Shown here: positions 18,767 through 27,774 of the stretch, piece by piece
How the letters are laid out: the number at the start of each line of letters is the position of its first letter
Numbering within the stretch: the first letter of the stretch is position 1
NCBI GenBank assembly: GCA_030840525.1
Contig: JAVEEI010000012.1
Location: forward strand, 1-56,407
DNA from: Frankiaceae bacterium
Lineage (GTDB): Bacteria > Actinomycetota > Actinomycetes > JAFAQI01
DNA: 56,407 nucleotides
Direction: 5' to 3'
Made by a program: the position numbers and the translations under genes
The notes under the pieces: generated by a model
Told to the model about the DNA's origin: nothing
What the model saw: only the letters and a program-made list of their open reading frames with translations
The model's database searches: none

Positions 18767-19101
18767 GCTACCCGCCGTCGTACGGGTCGCCGCCCGGCGG
18801 CCAGCCGGAGAACGGGCTCGGCACTGCGAGCATGGTGCTCGGCATCATCGCGCTGGTGCTGTTCCTTACCATCGTGATCGGCGTGGTCTGCGGCGTACTG
18901 GCGATCATCTTCGGCCTGATCGGCCGCAGCCGGGTGCGGCAGGGCCGCGCGACCAACGGCGGCCAGGCCACGGCAGGTCTCGTCACCGGCATCATCGCGA
19001 TCGTCGCCGTGGTCGCCCTGGCCCTCGCCGTGCTTATCCCGACCGGCAGCCACTTCTGCGTCCACGTCGGCGTCGGGTCGAACCCCTGTACGTCGAACTA
19101 G
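18763..19101 (+). CDS. DUF4190-like small membrane protein
   Basis: NGLGTASMVLGI...LAIIFGLIG..GGQATAGLVTG. Confidence 0.75.
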   Translation: MSYPPSYGSPPGGQPENGLGTASMVLGIIALVLFLTIVIGVVCGVLAIIFGLIGRSRVRQGRATNGGQATAGLVTGIIAIVAVVALALAVLIPTGSHFCVHVGVGSNPCTSN

Positions 19102-19114
19102 CCGGCGGCGGTCG

Positions 19115-19504
19115 CTAGCGGCGCGAGGCGCGCACGGTCAATGCGCCGCCGCCGATGAGCACCATCGACAGCGCGATCAGCTTCACCGCGTCGTCGCCGG
19201 TCACCGGCAGCACGGGTTGGCCCGGCTGCCCGGCCGCGCTGCCGCCGCTCCCGGAACCGCCGGCGGTATGCGGGCGCGCGGGCGTCGCGGCCGGGCTCGG
19301 CGGGCGCGTCGCAGCCGGGGCAGAAGGGCTCGACGGGGCGCTCGACGGGGTGCTCGATCCCGACGGCGGCAGCGCGCCTGGTCGCAACGTCGCATGCGAG
19401 TCGTTGTGCGAGGCCAGCCGGATCGCGACGCTGAGCAGCGCGACGGTCAACGTGACGAGAAGGCTGAACCGGATCACTTCGACCCGAATCGCACTCGTCT
19501 GCAC
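19115..19504 (-). CDS. Small Pro/Ser-rich surface protein with LPxTG-type anchor
   Basis: N-terminal hydrophobic segment, low-complexity linker, LPVTG + TM helix + RASRR. Confidence 0.6.
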   Translation of the reverse strand: MQTSAIRVEVIRFSLLVTLTVALLSVAIRLASHNDSHATLRPGALPPSGSSTPSSAPSSPSAPAATRPPSPAATPARPHTAGGSGSGGSAAGQPGQPVLPVTGDDAVKLIALSMVLIGGGALTVRASRR

Positions 19505-19573
19505 GGTATTACTGCACCATGCGTTGCGGGCCCGGCCCGCGATTGCGAGCGGCGAGTCGCGAACCCGGCTCAG

Positions 19574-20068
19574 TTATGCGCGGTAGCTGCTGCGGAAGTA
19601 CAGCAAGGGCTCGCCGTCGGCGCCGAGCTCCATGCCGACCACCTCGCCGACGACGATCGTGTGGTCGCCGCCGTCGTACGTCGCCCACGTGCGGAACTCC
19701 AGCCAGGCGAGCGAGCCGTCGAGCAGCGGCGCGCCGGTGACCGGGCCGGGCCGGCTCGGCCAGCCGTCGAACTGGTCCGGGCCATCGGGCCGCTCGCGGG
19801 TGGCGAAGTACGCCGCGGCCGGCTGCTGGTCCGCGCCGAGCACCGAGACCGCCCACGTGCCTGCCTGCAGCAACGGCTCGTGCAAAGCCGCGTCGTGCTC
19901 GCACGCGAACATCGCGAGCAGCGGGTGCAGCGACAGGGACGTGAACGAGTTGACCGTCAACCCGTGCCGGCGGCCACCGACGACGGTCGACACCACGGTG
20001 ATGCCGGTCGCGTACCGGCTGACGACAGACCGGTACGCCGCAGGATCCAGCGGCGTCCGGTCGACCAC
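19574..20068 (-). CDS. Flavin reductase family protein
   Basis: YATGITVV, GLTVNSFTSLSLHP, GGDHTIVVG, PLLYFRSSY. Confidence 0.92.
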   Translation of the reverse strand: MVDRTPLDPAAYRSVVSRYATGITVVSTVVGGRRHGLTVNSFTSLSLHPLLAMFACEHDAALHEPLLQAGTWAVSVLGADQQPAAAYFATRERPDGPDQFDGWPSRPGPVTGAPLLDGSLAWLEFRTWATYDGGDHTIVVGEVVGMELGADGEPLLYFRSSYRA

Positions 20069-20083
20069 CTGACGGAGGCTATG

Positions 20084-21049
20084 TCACTGCGCGGTGCGGA
20101 CCTGCGCGAGCCGCGCGTTGTCGATGACGATCGCGGCCGGGCCGTCGATGAGACGCAGCGTCGCGAGCGCGGTCTCGCCGAACGCGTTCTTGCTACCGCT
20201 CGACAGCGCGAGTACGCCGACGACGCGGCCGCCGTGGCCCTTCAACGGCATCGAGAGGAACGTCGACATACGTGCCTCGTCGTCTTCGCCGAGCAACTCG
20301 TCGGCGTCCGCAAGCTTCACATCGAGACCGCTGACGGTGACCTCGACACCGCTCGCCTGCGTCGCCGCGTCCGCGACCGCGGTGACGTGCTCGGTGTAGT
20401 GCTGTTGCGACGTACCTTGCGCGACACCGACGTACGCCGTCCGCTCTTCGAGCAGCAGCACCGAGGCGAGGTCGTAGTCGACGAACCGCTTGAGGATCTC
20501 GAGGATGCCGGCGACGGTGTGCTCGAACCCGTGCGTCGTCGCCGCGAGCGCGGTCACGTCGGCCGCGACCTGCGTCTCGAACAGCTTGCGGTCGAGCAGG
20601 TCGCACACCCGCGACATCACGTCGTCGGCGGAAAGCTCGACCGGGTCAGGTCGCAGCGCCGGCCGGCCGCCGCGCGCGGCCTCGCCCGCAGCGATGGTCT
20701 CGCGTACGGCCTCGACCAGTTGCGGCGCTTCGAAGTCCTTCGTGAGGTAGCGGTCCGCGCCGGCGTGCGCGCCCCAGTAGCGGTCGCTCGCGGCGTCGAG
20801 CGACGTCAGCAGCACGACCGGGATGTCCGCGGTCTGCCAGTCGTCCTTGAGCAACCGCGCGGCGACGTAGCCCGACACCCGCGGCATCTGCACGTCGAGC
20901 ACGACCGCGTCCGGCATCGTGCGCAGCACCGCCTGCACGGCTTCGACCCCGTCTTCGGCCTGCACGACGTCGAAGCCCTCGCGGCCGAGGACGGACGAGA
21001 CGATCCGGCGGAGGGTCGGGCTGTCGTCCGCGATCACGACGGTTGGCAT
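20084..21049 (-). CDS. Response regulator (REC + GAF-like domain, no enzymatic output)
   Basis: IADDS, VVLDVQMP, LTS, YLTKDF; C-terminal FLSMPL..VVGVLAL..AF..AIVIDNARL. Confidence 0.85.
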   Translation of the reverse strand: MPTVVIADDSPTLRRIVSSVLGREGFDVVQAEDGVEAVQAVLRTMPDAVVLDVQMPRVSGYVAARLLKDDWQTADIPVVLLTSLDAASDRYWGAHAGADRYLTKDFEAPQLVEAVRETIAAGEAARGGRPALRPDPVELSADDVMSRVCDLLDRKLFETQVAADVTALAATTHGFEHTVAGILEILKRFVDYDLASVLLLEERTAYVGVAQGTSQQHYTEHVTAVADAATQASGVEVTVSGLDVKLADADELLGEDDEARMSTFLSMPLKGHGGRVVGVLALSSGSKNAFGETALATLRLIDGPAAIVIDNARLAQVRTAQ

Positions 21050-21063
21050 CGGCAAACGCTCCT

Positions 21064-23235
21064 CTATCGCCCGATGAGGCGGCGTACCGTCTCGACGAGC
21101 TCATTCTGGTCGAACTCCGTCTTGAGCAGGTAGGCGCTCGCGCCCGCGTCCAGTCCAGCACGCTGGTCGTCCTCGCTGCCGCGCGAGGTCATGATGACGA
21201 CCGGCACCTGCTCCCAGCCGCGGGTACGGCGGATCGTGCGGGTCAGCGTGTAGCCGTCCATCCCCGGCATCTCGACGTCGGAGACGACGAGGTCGGCCGG
21301 GTCGCCGGTGAGCCGGGACGCGCCGTCCAATCCGTCGACCGCGGTCACGACCTCGTAGCCGGCGCCTTCGAGGATCACGCGTTCGAGCTCGCGCACGCCG
21401 ACCGAGTCCTCGACGACGAGCACCCGCGGCTTGCGCCCCGCCGGCTCGTTGGCCGCGGGCTCGACGGCCGCCGGCAGCAGCGTCACCGGGCCGGTGGCCG
21501 CGGTCGCGAGCTCGCGCAGGTCCACGAGGCACAGCACGCTGCCGTCGCCGTCGATCGTCGCGCCGCTCACCAACGGCAACCGGCCGAGGAACGGGCCGAG
21601 GTCCTTGACGACGAGCTCGAGCTCGCCTTCGAGCCGGTCGACCGCCCACGCCACCTGCCGGTCCGCGTGCCGGACGACGACGGCGGCGCGCGGGTCGCGG
21701 TCGCCGCCGACGCCGAGCGCCGAGCCGAGGTCGAGCAACGGCAGCGTCGCACCGTGCCGTACGACGACCGGCCGGCCGGCCAGTGCGTGCACCGTCGCGT
21801 CCTTCAACGACAGCGACTCGACGACACCGGGCACCGGCAGCGCGTACCGCTCGTCACCGACCCGCGCGATTAGGCAGCGGAGCACACCGAGGGTGACCGG
21901 CAATGTCAACGTGAACGTCGTACCCGCGCCCGGCGACGACGTGACGTCGACCGCGCCACCGAGCGACTCGACCGCGGTGCGCACGACGTCGAGGCCGACC
22001 CCGCGACCGGACGTCTCGGTGACTTCGGTGCTGGTCGACAGCGCCGGCAGAAACAGCAGCTGCCACAGCGCCGGGCCGGACAGTGTCGTGTCGGCGGGAA
22101 GCAGCCCGCGCGCGACTGCGACCGCGCGCAGCGCGTCCTCGTCGATGCCGGTGCCGTCGTCGCTGACGTCGAGTACGACGGTGCCGCCGGACGACCGCGC
22201 GGAGACGGTCACCGTCGCGCGTGCCGATTTCCCTGCAGCTACACGGTTTTCCGGTGTCTCGCAGCCGTGGTCGACCGCGTTGACGACGAGATGCTTGAGC
22301 GCGTCGGAGACGCCGTCCAGCACCTGCTTGTCGAGCTCGACGTCTTCGCCGACGAGGCGCAGCTCGACGTCCTTGCCACTCGCCGCGGCGACGTCGCGGA
22401 CGACTCGCGGCAGCCCGGCCACGACCCGCCGTACGGGAACCATCGCGAGCCCCATCGCACCGTCGCGTACCTGTGCGAGCCGGCCGTGCGCGTCGTCGAC
22501 GAGCTCGCGGAGATCCCGTGCGGCGCCGGAGAGCTGGTCGCCGAGCGCGAGCAACCGGTTGAGCGCGAGCTGCGTGTCGGGGTCGCAGCCGGCGACGGCG
22601 TCGCGCAGCGTCCGCAACCAGCGCGTCTGCTCCGCGGTGACGGTATCGAGCGCGGCGCTGGCCCGCTCGACCCGGCGCGCGTCGAGCTCTGCCTCGCCTA
22701 CGACGTCGAGCAGCTCGTACACCTTCGCCGTGGCGACGCGGACCGAGTCACCACCGCGGTGCCGCCCCTGGTCGTGCGCACTGTCGTAGTCGTCGTCGTC
22801 CGCGGTCAGCGGCGCGGCCGGCTCCCAGCGCGGGACCTCGACCGCGTCGTCACCGGCGAGCACGCGCTCGAGCGCGGCCGCGACGGCAGTGAGGTGCTCG
22901 TCCGGCACCGGGTCGTCGAGGCCGGGCAACGCGTTGGTCATCGCGTCGCATGCGGCGAGCAGCACCGAGATAACGTCGGGCCGCACCGGCAACCGGCCGT
23001 CCCGCAACGCACCGAGCAAGTCTTCACACCGGTGCGCGACCGCGAGTACGCCGGAAAGTCCCAGCATCCGCGCCGATCCCTTTACGGTGTGCGCGTCGCG
23101 GAACAGCCCCGCGACGACCTGGCGCGGCGACGGGTGCGTCTCCAGCTGCAACAGGCCGGCGGACAGCGACGCGACCCGCTCCTCGACCTCGGCGCGGAAC
23201 GTCGCGAGCAGCTCCGGATCGTCAGCCCACGACAT
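21064..23235 (-). CDS. cheA: CheA-like hybrid kinase (HPt, dimerisation, HATPase, CheW, REC)
   Basis: FRDAHTVKGSA, HLVVNAVDHG, DDGTGID, SGRGVGLDVV, P5 domain, C-terminal VEDS..SDVEMP..YLLK. Confidence 0.93.
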   Translation of the reverse strand: MSWADDPELLATFRAEVEERVASLSAGLLQLETHPSPRQVVAGLFRDAHTVKGSARMLGLSGVLAVAHRCEDLLGALRDGRLPVRPDVISVLLAACDAMTNALPGLDDPVPDEHLTAVAAALERVLAGDDAVEVPRWEPAAPLTADDDDYDSAHDQGRHRGGDSVRVATAKVYELLDVVGEAELDARRVERASAALDTVTAEQTRWLRTLRDAVAGCDPDTQLALNRLLALGDQLSGAARDLRELVDDAHGRLAQVRDGAMGLAMVPVRRVVAGLPRVVRDVAAASGKDVELRLVGEDVELDKQVLDGVSDALKHLVVNAVDHGCETPENRVAAGKSARATVTVSARSSGGTVVLDVSDDGTGIDEDALRAVAVARGLLPADTTLSGPALWQLLFLPALSTSTEVTETSGRGVGLDVVRTAVESLGGAVDVTSSPGAGTTFTLTLPVTLGVLRCLIARVGDERYALPVPGVVESLSLKDATVHALAGRPVVVRHGATLPLLDLGSALGVGGDRDPRAAVVVRHADRQVAWAVDRLEGELELVVKDLGPFLGRLPLVSGATIDGDGSVLCLVDLRELATAATGPVTLLPAAVEPAANEPAGRKPRVLVVEDSVGVRELERVILEGAGYEVVTAVDGLDGASRLTGDPADLVVSDVEMPGMDGYTLTRTIRRTRGWEQVPVVIMTSRGSEDDQRAGLDAGASAYLLKTEFDQNELVETVRRLIGR

Positions 23236-25053
23236 TCACGACACCACCTTGAACTGCTTGAGAGTCGCCTTCAGGTCGCCGGAGAGGTCGCGCAGCCGGC
23301 TCGCCGCGGCCGCGTGGCCGTGCGTTCCGGACCGGTGTCGTGCGCTCGCGTCCGTCACCGACGTCATCGCCGCGACGACCGCGTCGGACGCGCCGCGCTG
23401 CTGCCGGGTCGCGTCGGTGATCTCGCGCGAAGCCTGGGTCGTGTGGTCGACCATCGCGGCGATCCGCCGGAGCGACTCGACCACGTCGTCGTGCAGTGCC
23501 GACCCGACCTCGACCGCGGCGAGGCCTTCCTGTCCGGCCGCTGCGGTGTCGGCCGCTTCGCGCTCGAGCTCGGCGACGATGCGCGCGATCCGCGCGGTTG
23601 CCGCGCGCGCGCGCTCGGCGAGCGAGTTGACCTCGTTGGCGACGGTCGCGAAACCCTGTCCGTGCTCGCCCGCGCGCGCCGCCTCGATCTGCGCGTTGAC
23701 CGCGAGGATCGTCGTACGGCGGGCGAGCTCGTCGATCGACTGCGTGGTCAGGCCAACCCGCGCGATCCGTTCGCGCAGTGCGGCGGCGCGCGCGGCCAGC
23801 TCCTCGACCCGCCCGGAGATCCGGTCCATCGCGACGCTCGTGTCGGCTACGGCCTGCGCACCGGACTCGACGTCGAGCCGCGTGCTGCCGGCGAACTGCG
23901 AGACGCGGACGGCGATGTCGGCGATCGACCCGGCGGTTGCGGCGAGCTGCTCGATGGTGCTCGTCGTCTGCGCGACCGCGGCGCTCTGCGCCTCGACGCC
24001 GGTGACGTGCTGCTCGGCGGTGGCGGCCAGGCTGGCGGCGTTGCCGGCGAGCTGTTCGGTGACCGTGTCCATCTGCCGGACCAGCCGGCGCAACGCCAGC
24101 AACGTGTCGGCGAAGACGACGGCGAGGCTCGTCGCGACCGGGTCGGCGCTGTCGCCCGGCGCGGGGACGCGGGTCAGGTCGCCGTCGGCGACGGCGGCGA
24201 GTACGTCGGACATCCGGCGCACGTCGGCTTCGAGCGCGGCTCGCCGCTCCGCCGCGTTCATCGCGGCCTCGCGGGCGAGCCGGCCGAACGCTCCCGCCGC
24301 CCAGCCGGCCGCGGGAGCGGCGGGCAGGATGACGATGAGGCGACCGGCGCCGGCGTACGTCAACGTGTGCGAAATGCCTGCGGCGGCATAGATTCCGGCC
24401 GCGGCCGAGGCACCGACCGAGAGCCCGAGCAGCGGGCCGAGCACGGCACCGGCGAGCAGCACTACCGGCATGAACAGCACCCACGCGGGGCCGGCCACAC
24501 CACCGGCGCTCGCGACGACTCCGGACACGCTGACCACCAACGCGACCATCAGCGCGACCCCGCCCGCGCGGCGCCGGGCCGACGCGACCGCGCCGGACGT
24601 CGGGTCCGTCGCGATGGAGGCCAGCGCCACGGCCGCGACCGCCGCGGCGAGTCCCCAGCCGGCGAGTGGCAGCTCGTGTACGACGAGCCCACCCGCGCCG
24701 TACCGCGCGGAGAGGACGGCGGCGAGGCTGATGAGGACAAGTGCGCCGACGGAGGCGAGCTGCGCGACGCGGAGCAGTTGGTGGGTGTAGTCCAGCGCGA
24801 ACGCCGTAACGGACGCGGGCTGGCTCGCGGCGTCGATCCGCTCGAACTCGTCGTCATCGATGCGCGCCGGTGCGACCGGTTCCACACCGGCCAGCCGGGC
24901 GAGCCGGGCTTCGACGCTCTCGACGCTCTGGGCCTTCTCGGCACGCTGGGCTTGGGAAGCGGCCGCGCCGAGCTTGTCGTGGTGCCCGCGGCGCGGCGCG
25001 GGGAGCAGCAAGGCGCCGACGACGTCCTCCGCGGACGCGCGGAACAGCTTCAC
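23236..25053 (-). CDS. Methyl-accepting chemotaxis protein with multi-TM N-terminus (divergent signalling tip)
   Basis: [27 protein letters not shown]; about six TM segments; HAMP-like ADGDLT. Confidence 0.9.
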   Translation of the reverse strand: MKLFRASAEDVVGALLLPAPRRGHHDKLGAAASQAQRAEKAQSVESVEARLARLAGVEPVAPARIDDDEFERIDAASQPASVTAFALDYTHQLLRVAQLASVGALVLISLAAVLSARYGAGGLVVHELPLAGWGLAAAVAAVALASIATDPTSGAVASARRRAGGVALMVALVVSVSGVVASAGGVAGPAWVLFMPVVLLAGAVLGPLLGLSVGASAAAGIYAAAGISHTLTYAGAGRLIVILPAAPAAGWAAGAFGRLAREAAMNAAERRAALEADVRRMSDVLAAVADGDLTRVPAPGDSADPVATSLAVVFADTLLALRRLVRQMDTVTEQLAGNAASLAATAEQHVTGVEAQSAAVAQTTSTIEQLAATAGSIADIAVRVSQFAGSTRLDVESGAQAVADTSVAMDRISGRVEELAARAAALRERIARVGLTTQSIDELARRTTILAVNAQIEAARAGEHGQGFATVANEVNSLAERARAATARIARIVAELEREAADTAAAGQEGLAAVEVGSALHDDVVESLRRIAAMVDHTTQASREITDATRQQRGASDAVVAAMTSVTDASARHRSGTHGHAAAASRLRDLSGDLKATLKQFKVVS

Positions 25054-25098
25054 CGCACCCTCCGAACGCGGGCAGGCGGGCGCCTACCCCTGCTTCAC

Positions 25099-25126
25099 CT
25101 ATCGGCTCGGTCCTCGCGCGACTACA
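25099..25126 (-). promoter_or_regulatory. sigma28/WhiG-like promoter of MCP 23236-25053
   Basis: TGTA-N16-GCCGATAG on the minus strand. Confidence 0.55.
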
Positions 25127-25177
25127 GCAAACGGACGAACTTGCTCTGCGCCGAACGGCTGCCACTCAGAGCAGCTA

Positions 25178-26737
25178 CTACGACACCTTGAACTGGGCGA
25201 TGCCGGCCCGCAACTCGGCGGCGAGCACGTTGAGCTGCGCCGCCGCGGCGGCGGCCTGCTTCGACCCGACCGCGTACTGTCGCGACACGTCGGAGACCTG
25301 CGTCATCGCGGCGACGACCTGGTCGGACGCCGAGCGTTGCTGCTGGGTCGCGATCGAGATCTCCTTCGCCGCGGTCGTCGTCTCGTCGACCATGCCGGAG
25401 ATCCGCTCGAGTGCTTCCACGACGCCGCGGGCGAGGTCGCTGCCGGTGCGCACCTCCTTCGCGCCCTCTTCGGACGCGATGATGGTGGCGTTGGTCTCGG
25501 CCTGGATCTCGCCGACGATCGCGGCGATCTGTCCGGTCGACTCCTGCGCGCGCTCGGCCAGCTTGCGCACCTCGGAGGCGACGACGGCGAAGCCGCGGCC
25601 GTGCTCTCCCGCGCGGGCGGCCTCGATCGCGGCGTTCAGCGCGAGCAGGTTCGTCTGGTCGGCGAGGTCGTTGATGACCTCGAGAATTCGGCCGATTTCC
25701 TGGGATTTCTCGCCCAGGCTCAGCGTGCGGGCGGCGATCGAGTCGACCCGCTCGGCGATCGTGTCCATCGCCGACACGGACGCGCCGACAGCCGACCGGC
25801 CTTCCTCGGCGTGCCGCAACGTCTCGGCGGCGTAGCGCGCGACCGCTTCCGCGGTCTCGGCGATCTGCGCGGCGGTCGCGGCGAGCTCTTCGATCGTCGA
25901 CGTCGTCTCCGAGACGGCGGACGACTGCTGCGTCGCGGACGCGGCGTGCTCCTCCGCGGTCGCGAGCAGCTCTCCGGCCGCGGCGCCGATCTGCTCGCCG
26001 CCGGAACGGATCTGCCCGACGAGAGAACGCAGGTTGGTCAGCGTGTGCCCGAACGCGCCGGTCAGCAGCTCCAGCGCGGCGTGGTCGCCGTCGGGGTCGC
26101 CGAGCTGCACGGTGAGGTCGCCTTCGGCCGCCTTCGCGAGCTCGCGCGAAAGCTCCGCGACGCGCTGCTGCAGCTCGTCCCGCTCCTGCTTCGCGTGCGA
26201 GCGCATCGCCCAGACCGACGATGCCAACGTGCCGTTGAACCATGCGATGGCCGGATACACCGGTACGACGAGGACGAACCAGGCCGCCGTACTCGGGTCG
26301 AGGGTGTGCGCGATCGCGGACGAGCCGACGACGCCGGCGCCCGCGACGAAACCGAGGGTGACCGACTGCCACTGCCGCATCGTCGACGCGGCGAACAGCA
26401 CGTTCGGCAGGTACAGCACCCAGAACGGGCCGCGGATGCCGCCGCTGACAGATGCGGCGCCGGTGATGGCGACCATGATCGAGAGGAGCAGCAGCACCCG
26501 GTACGTCGTGATCCGGCGGCGGACGTGCGCGCTCAACCCGTGCAGCGTCGGCAGCGCCGTCAACGCGAGCGCGTTGAGCAGCGCCAGCCCCTGCCAGCAC
26601 AGGAACGGCACGAAGTGCAGGTGGACGCCGGTGTCGTGGCGCTGGTGCAGCACGAACGCGCCGACGAGGGCCAGCACGATGCCACCCCACGTCGCGATCG
26701 CCGCGACCCGGGACAGCCGTTTGGAAAAGTCCACCAA
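25178..26737 (-). CDS. Methyl-accepting chemotaxis protein with multi-TM N-terminus
   Basis: [42 protein letters not shown]; about six TM segments; AEGDLT. Confidence 0.94.
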   Translation of the reverse strand: MVDFSKRLSRVAAIATWGGIVLALVGAFVLHQRHDTGVHLHFVPFLCWQGLALLNALALTALPTLHGLSAHVRRRITTYRVLLLLSIMVAITGAASVSGGIRGPFWVLYLPNVLFAASTMRQWQSVTLGFVAGAGVVGSSAIAHTLDPSTAAWFVLVVPVYPAIAWFNGTLASSVWAMRSHAKQERDELQQRVAELSRELAKAAEGDLTVQLGDPDGDHAALELLTGAFGHTLTNLRSLVGQIRSGGEQIGAAAGELLATAEEHAASATQQSSAVSETTSTIEELAATAAQIAETAEAVARYAAETLRHAEEGRSAVGASVSAMDTIAERVDSIAARTLSLGEKSQEIGRILEVINDLADQTNLLALNAAIEAARAGEHGRGFAVVASEVRKLAERAQESTGQIAAIVGEIQAETNATIIASEEGAKEVRTGSDLARGVVEALERISGMVDETTTAAKEISIATQQQRSASDQVVAAMTQVSDVSRQYAVGSKQAAAAAAQLNVLAAELRAGIAQFKVS

Positions 26738-26765
26738 GCCCCTCCTGCTCGAAGCCGTACTAGGT

Positions 26766-26793
26766 CTTTCGGGTCATTACGGCTGGCGCTGAA
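26766..26793 (-). promoter_or_regulatory. sigma28/WhiG-like promoter of MCP 25178-26737
   Basis: TTCA-N16-CCCGAAAG on the minus strand. Confidence 0.4.
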
Positions 26794-26810
26794 GTGCCGC
26801 GCGGCGGGTT

Positions 26811-27290
26811 CTACGCCGTACGCCGTGCGCGCGGCAGCGTCTCGCGCAGCCGGAGCACGGCGGCGGGGTCGATCACCGCGACCGGGCCGTCGTCGCGCGG
26901 CACCTGGCCGCACAGCAGCTCGGCACCGGGGCCGGCGAACGCCGCCGGGAACTCGTCGACCCGCGCGCCGAGGCTGCCGGTCCCCTCGACCGCGTCGACG
27001 ACGAGCGCCGCGCTGATGCCGTCGTCAACGAGCACGACGAGCCGGGCCGACGACGTGAACGGGGTGCGCTCACCGCCGAGCAGGCCACGCAGGTCGAGCA
27101 CCGGCATGAGCCGGCCGCGCCAGTTGGCGACGCCGGCGAGCCAGTCGGGGCCGCCCGGGATGCGGGTGACGCCGGGGACCCGGCCGACCTCGGCGACGCT
27201 GGCGAGCGAGACCGCGAACCGGCCGGAGCCGAGCCGTACGACGACGGCTTCGCCCGCGTCGTCGGCGGTGGTCTCCGCGGCCTCGGTCAC
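26811..27290 (-). CDS. cheW: CheW scaffold protein
   Basis: VTRIPGGPDWLAGVANWRGRLMPVLDLR, ALVVDAVEG. Confidence 0.92.
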   Translation of the reverse strand: MTEAAETTADDAGEAVVVRLGSGRFAVSLASVAEVGRVPGVTRIPGGPDWLAGVANWRGRLMPVLDLRGLLGGERTPFTSSARLVVLVDDGISAALVVDAVEGTGSLGARVDEFPAAFAGPGAELLCGQVPRDDGPVAVIDPAAVLRLRETLPRARRTA

Positions 27291-27298
27291 GCTCTCGT

Positions 27299-27326
27299 TC
27301 CTCGGCGCGAACTGCGCCGGAGTGAA
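27299..27326 (-). promoter_or_regulatory. sigma28/WhiG-like promoter of cheW
   Basis: TTCA-N16-GCCGAGGA, 8 nt upstream of the GTG. Confidence 0.45.
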
Positions 27327-27333
27327 GCGGCTC

Positions 27334-27756
27334 CTACTGCACCGGCGGCGTCGGGGCGGGCGGGACCCGGCGGAGCAGGCGCATGGCGACCACGAGCGCG
27401 AGCAGCGGCGCGGCCAGCGCGGCGAGCAGCATCAGCTCGCCGACGGTGCCGAGGCCGGGGTCGCCCTTCACCCCCGCCGCGAGCAGCACGTCGCCGCCCG
27501 GGCCGGTCGCGGACGCGAGCGCGACCACGGTGAGGACGCCGAGGCCGGGGAGCACCGCGGCGACGAGACGGTTCGTACCCCACGTGCCGAGGACGCCGAG
27601 CCCGCCGCCGAGGCCGAGGACGAGCACGAGCGACATGCCCTCGACACCGCCGGGCAGCCGGGCGGGGACGAGGAAGACCGAGTAGCAACCGACGACGAGA
27701 CCGGCGAGGTAGAGCGCCGCGAGCGTCAGCCCGGTCAGCAGCCGGTCGTCCTCCAC
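27334..27756 (-). CDS. Four-TM membrane protein (DUF6113-like)
   Basis: Hydrophobic helices, GPGGDVLL motif; TACGCT -10 seven nt before GTG; family assignment from recalled mshB neighbourhood. Confidence 0.6.
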   Translation of the reverse strand: MEDDRLLTGLTLAALYLAGLVVGCYSVFLVPARLPGGVEGMSLVLVLGLGGGLGVLGTWGTNRLVAAVLPGLGVLTVVALASATGPGGDVLLAAGVKGDPGLGTVGELMLLAALAAPLLALVVAMRLLRRVPPAPTPPVQ

Positions 27757-27774
27757 ACCGGCGAGCGTAGTGAG

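Noticed and set aside
19574-20068. Flavin reductase as the sixth gene of the chemosensory operon
   Set aside because: It has its own TAGCCT -10 at leaderless distance and probably belongs to the core mshB-fdxA neighbourhood; read-through cannot be excluded
25120-25177. c-di-GMP riboswitch between the MCP genes
   Set aside because: The GCAAAC stretch is on the wrong strand and the remaining consensus and stems are missing
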